A DNA stretch of 64,000 bases. Origin: Lama glama (lineage: Eukaryota). Shown in pieces: positions 24,562 through 38,159 of the stretch (positions within the stretch are counted from its first letter, which is position 1; every line of letters begins with the position of its first letter). The notes below the pieces were generated by a model that was not told where the DNA came from, ran no database searches, and worked only from the letters and a program-made list of their open reading frames with translations. The stretch is taken from assembly GCA_028534125.1 (NCBI GenBank), contig CM052818.1, forward strand, positions 22,012,001 to 22,076,000, in the 5' to 3' direction. The position numbers and the translations under genes were made by a program.

Positions 24562-27500
24562 GTAAGTTAATTGAATTTTGAATTTTAAATGTTGGCATTA
24601 AAAGAATGAATCTAATCACTTGGGGATTATGCTTTGTAAATACTCGGTGCTGCGGAAGCCTTGGAGGTTATTTGCCACAGAATAAGAGGACTTACATGGA
24701 GTAGGTGACCTTTAAAATCACCAGTGCCCTGTGGTCCTGTGGACTTCTCAATGGAGTGGTCTGTGGTGATTTTTTGTGTGTGTGTGAGGATGTGATGCTA
24801 TTACTTGAAATCAAATCTAGTTTTTCCCAGTTTTGAGCCTAATAAGTGCTAATTATTAATAAATGTAAGAAAGAAGGATTCTCTGTGGCTTTTGATTATG
24901 CTTCATGACTGTTATTCAGGTAATGATGTAGCAGTGTTTCTTCAGTGCTCCTTTTCTCTGTATAGTATTTTAGTTGCAATGTACCAATAGAGTAGTTATT
25001 TAGCTTTGATAAACACTGTAGAAGCTGTCTCTGTCCTGTGGGAAGAGGATGAATTTTGTTGATAGGGTAACACTTACTGAGTTTGAACATTTTTACACAT
25101 GGAATGTTCATGTCGGTGCCCAATTTAAGGTATTTTTCCATGCAGATCAGGAAATCAACCTACTGTCTTATAATGAGTGAAACACTTTAGTAAGATAATG
25201 AAGCACCCTTTATTATCTTCTTTTCCTCTTGCATTTGTTTTTCTTTTCTGTTTTTTTAAAATTTCTTAGCCCTTACCTCTTTGTCATTTTTTTCTATGGC
25301 TTAATGCAGTTTTAATCTGCTTATTTCATGATTGGGATTTTCTGATTTTTGTATGGATGTTGTCCTATCAATTCCAGAAGAAAAGTAGAAGACCTGTCTT
25401 AACAGTTAAAATATTTCCCCCAAATTTCTAGTGGTTTTTCTTTATTATGGGGTATAATCAATTGAATATAATGAATGATTTAGTATTTAAAATGTGGAAT
25501 AAAAACCATCTCTTTTAACTAACTCTGTGTTAGGAAATATGTGTATACATACATATATTTATATCCACACACACATGTTTTATGAAGTAACTTTTTTGCC
25601 ATCCAATCAAGAAACAGTTTATCAAGTTAGACGATTGGCCAAATTTTAACCTCCACAGTCTCAGCATTATATCCTTTTAAAGAAATAGTGATTCAAACAA
25701 TTACTGTGTTATTGAGTTCTCATGTTCACAGCCAACTTTATATAGAAATCCTATAATTAATATGCTTCCTCCTAGAATTTTTTTGATTGTTTTAAAGACC
25801 CATCTCTGCAAATTGCATGTAGAGCTCTGCATGCGGATTTGAAAGAAATGGGCCCAGTGCCCAGAAGAATTAGGCCCTCCTCCACCACTGAGCAAAAATA
25901 AAATAATTAACAATGAAAATGAGGCCATGGTAGAAAAGTACCTTACAAATAGAAATACTTTGAAGACAGAGGAAGTACAGAAGTTTTCTGAAAGAGGTCT
26001 GCAGATGGGGCTCATGAACCAAGGAGAGCTTCTCCAAGGGAAAATGGAAATAGCATGGGATTCAGATGTTAACCTGGAGCATGCTCTGTGCTTCTGATTT
26101 TATAGTATAGTCAGATTTGTGTCTCAGTAAAATTTGACTGTCCCTGTTAATTGGGCTAGAAAAATCTAAATTCATATCTTTTATGATTTTTTTTAAACTA
26201 CTTTCAGATACAAAGAGAAATCATTTACCTTCTATTTTTATCTGCCTGGGTTGGGTTTGGTTTTTTGTTTTTTACTCTCTTTGCTTTGGCAGAGGCAGTC
26301 TCCATGACAAGATCTTTTTTTTTCATCTATCATAATAAAAAGGTTTGGTTGACTCTTTCAGAGTTGGGAGAATAATAAAAAGCAGATAAAGGAGACTTCA
26401 TGTTTTGTGGAAAATGGTGGTAGTACTCCTAGTTGGGGCTAAGTTGGAGGAAAACATTGACTTTGAAACTTTTTTTCAGTTGTGTTTTCCCCAACTGATG
26501 GAAGATAGCTAATTAATATAGAATCATGACAAGTGCAGTACTAGGATTAGCTACGCTAGCCTGCCAAAAAGCCCACATGTGTTTGATTTGATTAGATATG
26601 TTTAATCTTCAATAATATCACGTAATTGGCCTCAGCAGGTTTGAGCTCATCTGGGGAATGAAGTAAAATTACGAGAAACATTTCAGAACATTGCACAAAA
26701 TCTTCATAGTTTCAAAGGCAAGCATCCTTTTGGAAAGTCATTGCAAGACTCTGAAGAGGCTATCACTTACATACTGTAATTCTGGAACAGATCTATGAGG
26801 TTGAATTCCTTACAAAGAGGATCTTTTTAAGATTCAATAGATCTTAATTTTGGACTGACTTTTCCAGCATTAGATAAAACAGAGAAGAAATTTAATACGT
26901 GTCAGTTTGTTACTTGTATAAAAAGCTTTATAGGTATGAAAATAATACACATTTTGTTTTTATTCATTTGCCAAGGGAAACCCAAAATAATAACAGATTT
27001 GCAAGATTATGGAGAAGTTACTAAAGTGAAAAGTGACCTGCTTCTATATTATCAAAATAGTAACTTGCATTGAGCAGAGAGAAATACGCCAAATTGAACA
27101 ACATTTCCTTGTGTTCTGTTGACACTGAGACTGTTCTATAAGCCACATGTCTACATGTTGTCCACATCAATGTTAAACATTTTCTTTTGTAACTACTAAA
27201 AAAAATTTTTTTTTTAATTGTAATCATGCCTGATCCTGAAAGATGACCTGGATCTTCCATGTTAAGGAAGAAAGAAACACTTTAACATAGGTTAAAAGAG
27301 CTTTTGATTAGTCTTCATGCTATGGTAGAGGAAATGAAATTAATGAAATCTGGGCCATTAGTTTTAAAGGCATAGAAATTTGTATAATGCAGTTTCAGAT
27401 TCACTTGTTTTATAACTGATCCATTTTGGTTTCATTGCCTGTGAAAAATATCTGAAGCTGTTTTAACTGGATTATTTAGTGCAAATGATCAAAGAAGCTT

Positions 27501-29319
27501 TAATTTCTGCTTTCCATTAAGGATTTTTCTGTGCTGATTTGTGCTATAATCTGTGTATGCCCACATGCATTTCATTTAAGTGAATCATGGACTTTGTATA
27601 TATAATCCTCCCCGAACTCTTGCTAAGTTAATCTTGAGTTCTTCGTAAAGGTCACAATTTCTGTAAGATGAACCTATAACAATATGTTTTAAAAACTCTC
27701 TGTGACACTTTAATGTGTTACAGAAGTGGGAAATATACTTTTTAAAATGTTGGTTATTCTGTCATATATATACCCGTTCAATTTTGGCATCTTCATTTGT
27801 ACTAGATACTTTTATTACTTATGGGAATGCTACTTCTAGAGTAAAACTCTTCGTGTGCTGAAAGGAAATTAAGGAGGTTTGGCTCTTTTACAACATTATT
27901 GCAATTAAGAACTTAGCATCATCAGTGCCAAAGGACAAAAAGTGGTTCATTTGCCCTAGGGGGACAGGACAGTGATAAGATGATTTTTCTTCAAGGATCA
28001 TTGGGTCGTAATTAAGTTACATTCATGGCTATTGCTTTTTGAAGGATGATTGGTAAATGACAGGCTTCATGTGCTTAGTACGGACAGTGTTCAGTAGGGT
28101 TTTTTCTCCCTCTGTCAGAAAATCCTGTTGAGCCTGATAATGTAAATGTGGCATTTTATTCTGAACAAAAGAGCAGGGAAATGAGCTATCTTGTCTAATC
28201 ATTCAGTTGTTTAACACCGACTTCCAGTTTAGACTCAATTGGCTGGAAAGCACTTGACATGTGAAGTTAGTGCTGTTCGGAACGCATGTTTGAGTAAATT
28301 TTAAAGTAAGTGACAGCTAAATTGTACCTAGGGAAATTACAAAGCCTTCAACACAGTTAATTTTTTGGGGAGGATTAGTTGTAATTGCAACACCAGTCTC
28401 CTTGAAGATTCCTCATTTATAGATGATGAACAGAAAAAAAAAATTTAGCTCTTTCAAAGGGCTGGTTCTCTTAACAGAATAATTTTTCTGAAGTCTATGG
28501 TTCCTCCTGAATTGATTTCTTTCCACACTGAACATCTGCCTAAGATTTATAGAATAGTCAGTTTTTAGACCTTTGAGGGTTTTTTTCCCCCTCCTTCCCT
28601 TGTTTTAAACTTTTTTCTCCCTCAAAGCTCCTCTTTTCTCTAGTGATTTCAGATTTTAAGGGTTTTTCAGTCAGTAAGCCCTTTAAGTAAATTGCCACTT
28701 CACTAACACTTTATGCATAATGTTGAAGCACTTTATACCAATTAAAAATCAATATTTGTCACTTAAAATTTTTGATTAAATTAAGCGTGCGCGCTGCATT
28801 GGAAAGTTTTTTTTACTGTAAGTAAGGAGACTAAGTTTAAAGCTACTGGTAGGTAAACAAATGGTTGTCACTAGTTGTTGTTCTTCTAACAGTTCTAGAT
28901 TGTATGACGCACATTGGTGATTTTTACGGTTGTGTATAAAGGAATTTGAGTTAGGAGGGCTTTGTGTCCTGATACCTTTAAGTAGGTATTTTTATGATCA
29001 GTGGGAGCCTCAAAATAAATGTTATGTCCATTGTTTATTTTTCTGTCAATGACATTGTAAAGCATAGTTTCATTTCATAATAAGGACTAAAACAGGAGAG
29101 AACATGAGATTTACCATATGAGCTTCGAGCTTACCTTTCTGCATGTTCCTCCTGATGATGATACAGAGTTACAGTTTGTAGTAATTTTATAAATGGTTGT
29201 GTTCCCTTAAAAAATAAAGTAGAAATTCTAGAATGAATTTTAATATGAGCCAAGTGACTCTATTAAGGTTAATGAATAAAAGTCTTTTAAGTGTTTAAAG
29301 TACTTACTGGACTCAGCCT

Positions 29320-29353
29320 ATTATATATATAATATATACATATATATATATAT
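29320..29353. repeat. Imperfect (TA)n microsatellite
   Basis: attatatatataatatatacatatatatatatat. Confidence 0.8.
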
Positions 29354-32300
29354 GCTCTTAAGATTTAGAGTAGTCTTCCTTTCCTCTGTTGTTTTTATTT
29401 CGTCGGCTCACAGAATATTGATAAAGTTTATGTTGAGTTAATTAGCATTAATCAAAAATAGTTTTTAAATAATTATTTACTTTTTATTAGCATGCATAGT
29501 TTTATTCATGAAAATTACTTTCTATATTTCATTGAAATATTTTTGGGGGGTCTAGTCATTGAAAATATCACAATGGATTTTTCTTAGAGGTAATAATATG
29601 TTATAGAGTTGATTTTCATTTAGTATTATTTGAGGTTTGTGAAAGCAGTGGCTAAATTTTTATTAGGAGTGGACTTTTGAACATTTGTGACCCATTTGTA
29701 TATAAAGCTTTAGGAATTATGTATGTATACTGAAATGAGCATGGAATCAGTTTTGAATCCAGAATTAATGTTATCAATAAGATTTCTTGAAAGGATTATT
29801 GTTATTTTAAGGTGGGGTTTTAAATCTGTTTTAGTGTTTTAAAGTGTACATAGGAAATCACAGAATCATTTTAGGTGGGGGCAAAAGCTAGAATTACACT
29901 GATTGATAAAGTCTTGTCTCGCATTTTGGGTAGAAAGCAATTTCTACCTTTTTCCCTTTGATATTTTGCTGTACTTACTGATTTCATCCTGCCCAGTAAA
30001 AGTGATATTTTCATGTGATGATTTTCTCTTCTGGTGTGAAGCATTTGAGTTGACGAACTTAATAAGCCAAAGTTCATAGAACCTCACATTACAGTATTAA
30101 AGCTGGGAGGGAACCCAGAGGTTCGTGAGTTAACTGTTGTGATCATCTGCTTTTCATCGCCACTTCTCAAAATGTATCACATTACTGTAGCCTAGCTGCG
30201 AATAATACCTATCAGTTGGGATTGAAATTCAAAAGTCCTGTACATATGCAACTATTTTCATAGCAATGTGAATTTTAGTTACTTTCTAGTATTTTTCATT
30301 TCCATTACCCAGAGTTTTTAAGCTTTAACAGAAAGATTAATGATGACATCAAATTATATGAGGAATGGACATTTTTATCTCTTTTTAGAGTAACATGATC
30401 CAACCAGCCACAGATCAGAATGTAGATAATAGGGATTGAAAAGAAATGATTAGTTATTAGTTCATTTCTATCATTTCTACACTTTATATGAAATGTTTCA
30501 TTATAGATTTCTAATTCATTTTGTTGGCAACTTGGGAGCAGTAACGTTGTTACTTAAAATTACTAACAAATATATGAATTGTTTCCATTTTGCTATTCGT
30601 GTCTTTTCTATTGTTCTGAGCATGTATAATCTTCAGAAGCATATATTTGGAGACCAGAGACGATTAACATGTCTCTTTGATTGACAGAACAATTATTCAT
30701 TCATTTATTGATAGCTTTGACCTAATGTAGGGGAAATACAATTCTAGTTTGGGAATTGATCTGAAAAAGTAGATCGTATTGCTTTTTAAAAGTCAGTATG
30801 TGTTAGTTTTTCTTTTAAAAATATTTTGGTAGTTTTCCATTAAATGGAATTGTGGAAAGGTAATAACTGAACTTGGGTCTGAAGCAAGGGAAAATACTGA
30901 TTATATAAAGTTTTATATCATATGTGGTAGCTACTGTAGTGTTTCTCTTGTATGACAGTAATCTAGCCTGCAACATCTACTTGCAGTTTTGAAATTAACC
31001 TGTAATTTAGTCTTCACCCCAAATGACAAAAATTCAAATGACTCTGTGGGGTGCCAGAAGATGCACTGTAAACAGGACTTAGTAAGGGGATAAGGTAGAG
31101 TTCCATCAGGATAGGCTCATTTTCACTATGTCAGTATTATTGCCATGAAATTAATGCTTCTTCATGGTATTTTACTTTTTAGTACAGTTTAAAATCTTAA
31201 TCTAGATAAAATAGTAATTCAATCTAGGGCAACATAACATTTGTATAATGAACCAAAATGTTAGGGCTTCAATGGAAAATTTTAAAAGGCTTTCTTCCTT
31301 TTGAAAACTATTGCATGTGTGAGAAAAATTTGTTTTCTCCCCAAAGATTATCACCACTGTCACTAGTTGTATGCTGGTCCATGCCTCTAACCATGCTTCT
31401 TTTTTAAAAAATATATTTCATACTGTCTTCTCAAAACCTTTAATTTTTTATTCCATATTGTGCCACCTTATTGGGTTAAATAAGCAACAATGCTTTTAAG
31501 AGAGCATTAAGTATAATTAGATGGACTCAACTGAAAGTGAGAAGTCCAGGGTCCTGATGGCAGAGCCTTCCCTAGTAGTCTTGGCTAATCAGTCAAGTCT
31601 CTAGATGCCTTAATTGCCTCATTATTTAAAAATAAAGGAAGGTGGCACGTAGAATTGGATCACATCATCTCTACAGCTTTTCCAAGGTCTCATACAGTCA
31701 TTTTCCATTTAAAATGAAAAAGTAGTTTTTGAGGACCCACAGGAATGTATTTTCCACACTCTGTTTAAGAAACTTACTTAATGAAAATATCTTTTTATTT
31801 TAATTAATGAACCACATAAGAGAAACTTTGACTTTATAATTGGAAATTTTTAAAAGCTTACCCTCTAATGAAAAACTTTAAGAGTTCTCTTAGAATTCAC
31901 CGAATGTAAGAATATCTTAGTTTTAGCTATAGTAAGTTTCTGTGTGTGTGAATCCTGAAGTTATTTCCTCCTTAGCTGGAGAAGCAGCACTATGGAAAAT
32001 ATGATGAGGAAGGTGAAATGCTTGAACATTCTGTAATGGTTATTGATGGGCATTTAATAAAGTTTCCCAAATCTGGAATTATTGAGAACCATAAACACAT
32101 AGAAGTGGTTGGAAAAATATTTGACAGTAGTCCTTGTTTTTAGAAATAATGCATTCTTACAGCAACTTATGTGTCATCTCAGAGAATGCCTTCACTTTTT
32201 GAACTTTTTAAAAGGTGCCATTTAGCAAGTAAAATAATAAAAGATGAATCAGGGAAAACAGAACCACTAATGATGTCTGAACTCTGAGCATTGATTTTTA

Positions 32301-32461
32301 TATAAGATTGTTCCACCCCCCCATCCCCCACCCCCCACATTTTGGCTATGTGATTTTCTACCTTAAATAAAGCTCAGCTTACGTTTTGACAGGTCATTGT
32401 GTATCTCTCTAAACTAAATTACATATATTTTATTCATTGTTAATATTTTGATGTTTCTAAG

Positions 32462-32586
32462 AGATGACTTACCTACTGCTCTCGAAGTCACCCTTGACTG
32501 CTATGAAAAGTATAAAGTACTACCAAGGATTCATGATGTCTTATGTAAACTGATAGAGAAAGGCGAGACTGATCTAATTCAGAAAG
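32462..32586 (+). CDS. LRPPRC: LRPPRC exon ~24 (125 nt): [41 protein letters not shown]
   Basis: ttctaag| acceptor (AAG), AAG|gtgagt donor; lies inside ORF 32448..32642. Confidence 0.96.
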
Positions 32587-33003
32587 GTGAGTCACCTTCT
32601 AATATTTTAATGTTGTTGGTTTTCTCTTTTCCCCTTATTTAATCTTAATGCTGTGAAGAGAAAATTTAACAGGAAGGCAAGCACATCCAGAGAAACTTTG
32701 TTATATTTCTAAGTTGAAAAGAAAAATATCCAGTAACCACTTTTTTAATACTATAAATGTCCTTGAGTTTAATAACTGTTCATTTTGAAAAGTTGCCCCT
32801 CTCTTATTTTTGGCTCCATTTGGTGATTTGTCTTTATGAAGATTTTTACCCTTCTCACCAGTTCTCTTTGAAGCTAGTCAGAGGTACTTAATGTCATGAG
32901 TGTATGCTGTTAGGTAAGCAGTGTGGCAGAAAATTGGTTGATAGAGCTGTAACCCTTAGGTTATTCTCAGTATTTGTTTTAAAGTTTTCTTGTGTTTATC
33001 TAG

Positions 33004-33183
<180 letters not shown>

Positions 33184-34464
33184 TAACTACAGAATTCTAA
33201 TTGTACAGCTATTTAGACTTTTAATGAGAATATATTTTTAAAATTTAACCTTTAATTACACTTGTTCTGATTCATGTTAATATAATTCAGTCCCAATAAT
33301 GGGGGCCGGTGGGAGGAGATTCGGCCAGCTTCTTTATTGTATATAATTACAGTTCAGAAAAGGCCGCCTGGTTGTATATTGAATTTGTTTCTTCACTTTG
33401 TTAAATTCACTGTTATATATCAAAATGATATTTGCATATTAAATCTTGGGTTGTGGAACAATTAAATTAAACTGGCATTCCTGGGTGTAAAGTTGCTAAT
33501 CCTCTTTGCCAAGGAATTCTTTGTTCTTAAAAGCAGTGGAATTTAATTTGCTGCAGACCATGCTCAGATTTATTTGTAATGCTTGTCTACAAGTTAATCA
33601 GCCAAACAAGTGCTGTCTGCAACTGTTTGGCATTTAATTTAAAATTTCTTCTTTTTTTTCACTATGGTAAGCAGCTTATGGGAAATGGTAGGTGACAAAC
33701 CTGGGCTATTTAGGATTAGTATATTTTATCTAGACTTGATTGAAATTTTGCTTACTGAAATTGGTAAGTCAAAGGGCAACTATAAAGTCTGTCCAAACTG
33801 TGATTAATTTCACTATTAAACAACTCTGTGTTCACTAAAAAAAGAAATTTCACAGAAGAACCCATCGCTTTAAGCAATATTACTTAATGTGATTAAAATA
33901 AATTTGTAAATATATCAGTAATCACATTTCTCCCAGATATACTTTGCTGTTACTCCATATCTTTTTCCAAAAGTGCCAGTGGTGGACAAGACACAAAGGT
34001 GGTATTTGGCCTTCTTGTTTTTGTGTTGATGACTGCTTATCATGAAATGGAAAATATAGCTACACAATCCAGAAAATTATTAGTTTCTTTGGAAGTTTTA
34101 TGAAAAAGGAGGACTGTGAGATTAATTCAGAGCATTCTTCTCTTTCTGTCTTACAACTCAGTCTATCCTCCTGTCAGAGGGAAGTGGGGCATGCTGTCTG
34201 TCTTGGACAGATGCTTCTGTAACTCAAGTAGTTCATTTGTATTTTCTAGAAAATGGCATAAATTCTCTCACTGAACGTGCACAGTGTGTGTGCCTGAAAA
34301 TGAGTTGCTGTCTGCCTGTTGAGTCCTGTTGCTCTGTCTGCATGGTCTCAGTATTAGTAGGCACTGATCAGAGCAGAAATCAAGCTTAAATATTCAGATG
34401 ATAGTGATTAGAGGTTCTCCAATAGGAAATCATGCTCCTCTCTTTGTGTAGTAAGCAACACTTA

Positions 34465-34650
34465 GTAGGAAGAACCAAAGGCATAAGAGTGAATTCTCCT
34501 TTTGTCATCTACTTGCTAGTGTGATGGTGGACAAGTTGCTAAACCTTTCTGAGCTTCCTCATGTATAAAAGGGAATGTAGTATCTGTCTTTAAGATTCAA
34601 TCACATAATGCATGTAAAGCAGCTTGCATGTTTCCTGGATTATGGTGGTA
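34465..34650 (+). mobile_element. MIR
   Basis: tacttgctagtgtgatggtggacaagttgctaaacctttctgagcttcctcatgtataaaaggg...taatgcatgtaaagc. Confidence 0.7.
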
Positions 34651-35924
34651 ATAATATTAATTCTCTTTGCCTTTTACAGGTAGGGATTGTGTTGTCTTTT
34701 TTACCCCACGTAATTCACAATATGACACTTATCATAAAGTACATGCTTGTCACACGAATAGGCAAGAGAAGACTGCCTTTTAATTACTTTAAGGCTCTGC
34801 CTATGTACAGCATCATTGAGTGTAATCATTTAGGAATGGCTTTAACGTCTGCTGATGACAGAATTTTTATAGTGGTTGTGTACAGAATTGCTTAAAGGTT
34901 AAAGAATAGCTTTACAGAATCCCTGCAGTACCACAGGGTTGGGCAGCTAGGTGTGCAATATGTGGGAATATTCTGAAGCACGTTTTCAGTTGCCTTTTTT
35001 TATGGTTAATTGGAGTTAAATTAAACTGGGAACTTGGCTTTTTTGACTATTAAAATTCAAGACTGGGAGTTCTCTCTTGTGGTTTTCTAGGGATTATTTA
35101 AAATATTAAAAGTAATGAAAATTAATAAACCAAGACTATGTCAGCATGTGAAAGAATATTATAAATAGTGAGCAGCATTTTTATCATTCCCAATATGCAA
35201 TTGTGTCTTATCAGTGGGTAGATTCACTAGGGTTGAATTTCCAAAGCAAAATGTACAGTAAAGTTTCTTTGTATTTGAAGCTCTGTGAGAGATAAGATAA
35301 ACCAGTCATAAAAATGCCTCTCATTAAATGAAGAAAGAGACAAGATTCAGTGTATAGTATGACCTGTGTTATTTTTAAATGAGTTGGTGTACATGTATCA
35401 TGTATTATGTATAATACATTTTAACATAGTTTTATGTTTGATTTCTGCACATAGACTATTGTAGGAGGGTAGGATTATAGCCGGTATTTTGCTTTATGCT
35501 TTTCTGTATTTTCTGAGTTTTCAATAATAAACATATATTCTTATTCTAGATATACTCAGAAAAAGTGTTACTTTCTTCCAAAAGAAAGAGAGTGAGAGAC
35601 AAAAGTGAATCAGACTGAGATCAACCCTCAAGGAGATACTGTGAAGCTCCTTGAACATGAGATTAATATGTGAAGATAACGTCTGTATAAGACTGAGAAG
35701 TGTTAACTGCTGTAAGAAAAGCATAAATAGTTTTGAGAGTTTAAGAGTGGAACTTACACCAGTGGAGGAAATTAGGCAGGACTTTATGGAGAAAATGGGG
35801 TATGGGGTGTAGATTGATGGATGTGGTTGTACTCTTCACACTTGGGAGTTTGATAGGTTTGGAAAATATATTAAAGGTATTAGAGGTAGAGCAGAGAAAT
35901 AGGAAAGCAAAATCTAAGTAATCG

Positions 35925-36446
35925 TTTTTTCTCCTGCTTTATTGAGATATAATTGACTTTTAACATTGTGTAAGTTTGAGGTATACAGCAATTGATTTGA
36001 TATGCTTGTATGTTGCAAAATGATTACCACAGTAGCTATTTAACACCCCCATTACCTCACGTAAGTTCCATTTCTTTTTTGTGGTGAGAACATTCAAGAT
36101 CTACTCTCTCAGCAACTTGCAAATATACAATACTGTGTCAAGTATTGAATCACCATGCTATACATTAGATCCCCAGATCCTGTTCATCTTAGAGCTGGAA
36201 GTTTGTACCTTTTGACCAACATCTCCCCACTTCCCCCACCCCCAAGACCCTGGCAGCCACCATTCTATGCTGTCTTTTTAGGAGTTTGGCTGTTTTAGAC
36301 TTCATATATAAATGATATCATGTAGTATTTCCCTTTCTCTGTCTGACTTATTTCCTTTAGCCTGATGCCCTCATGGTCCATCCATGTTGTTGCAAATGGC
36401 AAGATTTCTTTTTCTTGTGGCTTAGTAATATTCTTCTGTGTGTTAA

Positions 36447-36478
<32 letters not shown>

Positions 36479-37320
36479 AGTGACCTGAAAAAATTTACTG
36501 TATTTTGTAGGTTGCCTATAAGTTTTGTTGTTTCTTTTCCTGTACAGAACCTTTTTAGTTTGTAGTCCCACTTGCTTATTTTTGCTTTTGTTGCTTGTGC
36601 CTTTGTGTCTTATCCAAAAAATTGTTGTCAAGACCAATATCGAGGAGCTTTTTCTCTGTTTTCTTCTAGGAGTTTTACAGTTTCAGGTTTTATGTTAAAG
36701 TCTCTAATCCATTGTGAGTTAATTTTTGTAGATAAGGGTTTGATTTCATTCTTCTCCATGTGATTATCCAGTTTACCCTACAGCATTTATTAATGAGACT
36801 ATCCTTTCCCTGTTGAGTAATCTTGGCTCTCTTGTCAGATATTAGTTGACCATATATATGAGAGTATATGGCCTCTTGATTCTGTTCCTTTGGCGTTGGC
36901 TTCTATTTTTATGCCAGTGCTATTATGTTTTGATGGCTGTAGCTTTGTAGCATATTTTGAGCTGAGGATGTGTGGTCCTTCCAGCTTTGTTCTTTTTCAG
37001 GGCTGCTTTGGCTATTCATGGTCTTTTGTGGTTCCATACGAATTTGAAGATTGTTTTTTCTATTTCTGTGAAAAATGCCTTTTGGAATTTTGATAGGGAT
37101 TTCATTGAATCTGTGGATGACTTTGGATAGTATGGACATTTTAACAATATTAATTCTTCCAATCCATGAACATGGGATATCTTTCCATTTCTTTATGTCT
37201 TCAATTTCTTTCATTAAAGTCTTAAAGTTTTCAGTGTACAGATCTTTCACAACCTTCGTTAAATTTATTCCTAAGTCTTTTATAATTTTTGGAAATCTAG
37301 TGAATTGGATTATTTTCTTT
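35925..37320 (-). mobile_element. LINE-1 (L1MA-like) 3' UTR plus ORF2 C-terminal half, degenerate and internally deleted
   Basis: ORF 36909..37250(-) [38 protein letters not shown] is L1 ORF2; 3' UTR ctttattgagatataattgac. Confidence 0.92.
36447..36473. repeat. (TG)n microsatellite inside L1
   Basis: About 13 consecutive TG units. Confidence 0.9.
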
Positions 37321-37433
37321 CTTTTTTTTTTTGAATGACTAAATATCTGTATTTAAAAATAATAAATGCACATATTAGCCTTGTACATCCTAACATTTAA
37401 ATTGAAAATAAAGAAAAATTAAGCACCTTTCCC

Positions 37434-37794
37434 TGTTAATCTATTCAGGCTGCTAGAACAAAAATACCATAAATTGGGTAATTTAACAGCAAAAATTTAT
37501 TTCTCACAGTTTTGGAAGCTAGGAAGTCCAAGATCAAGGTGCCAGCATGGTCATGTTCTGTGGAAGGCCCTCTTCCTGATTCATAGCCAGTGACTCCCCA
37601 CTGTGTCTTAACATGGCAAAGGGAATGAGGGAGCGCTCTGGGGTCTCTTTTATAAGGCACTAATCCCATTCACAAGGGCTTCATCCTCATGACATAAGCA
37701 CATCCCAAAGGCCCCACCTCCTAATACCATCACATTGGAGGTTAGGATGTCAACATATAAATTTTTGGGAGACACACACATTCAGTCCTGAAGA
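37434..37794 (-). mobile_element. Solo LTR, ERVL-MaLR (MLT1A-like)
   Basis: aatttatttctcacagttttggaagctaggaagtccaagatcaaggtgccagca...tataaggcactaatcccattca...ccccacctcctaataccatcacattgg; about 360 bp. Confidence 0.88.
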
Positions 37795-38159
37795 TCTGTG
37801 CATGCAAACATACCTATCTAATACAGCGTCATCATTACAGACTGTGTAAAGGGCTCTCTTCTGCCATGATGAGTTCCTTTCCACCCCCATTCCTGCCACA
37901 CCTCTCTTTTCCCATCATGCTGGCTCCTCTTTGGGCTGCAGGGCTGACGAGGTTGTGGATTATTATAAACCTTCGCTCACATTTACTTTCCTTACATGCC
38001 AGATTATTTAAACTTAGGCTAAACCTCTAAGCCTGCCAACACCAAGTGAACTCCCATAAGTCACTCCAACTGTCAGATAATATTTTAGGTGAAAAAATAT
38101 TCTCTATTCTTGTCTCTACTATTTTTATTCTCCTTTGGTTTACTTTTACAACCTAAATC

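Noticed and set aside
36909..37250. Reverse-transcriptase-associated ORF as a novel retroelement system
   Set aside because: An ordinary decayed LINE-1 ORF2 fragment with frameshifts
37866..37948. C/D box snoRNA candidate (ATGATGA ... CTGA)
   Set aside because: Weak terminal stem, no clear C'/D' boxes, no rRNA or snRNA guide I can recognise, and far from an acceptor
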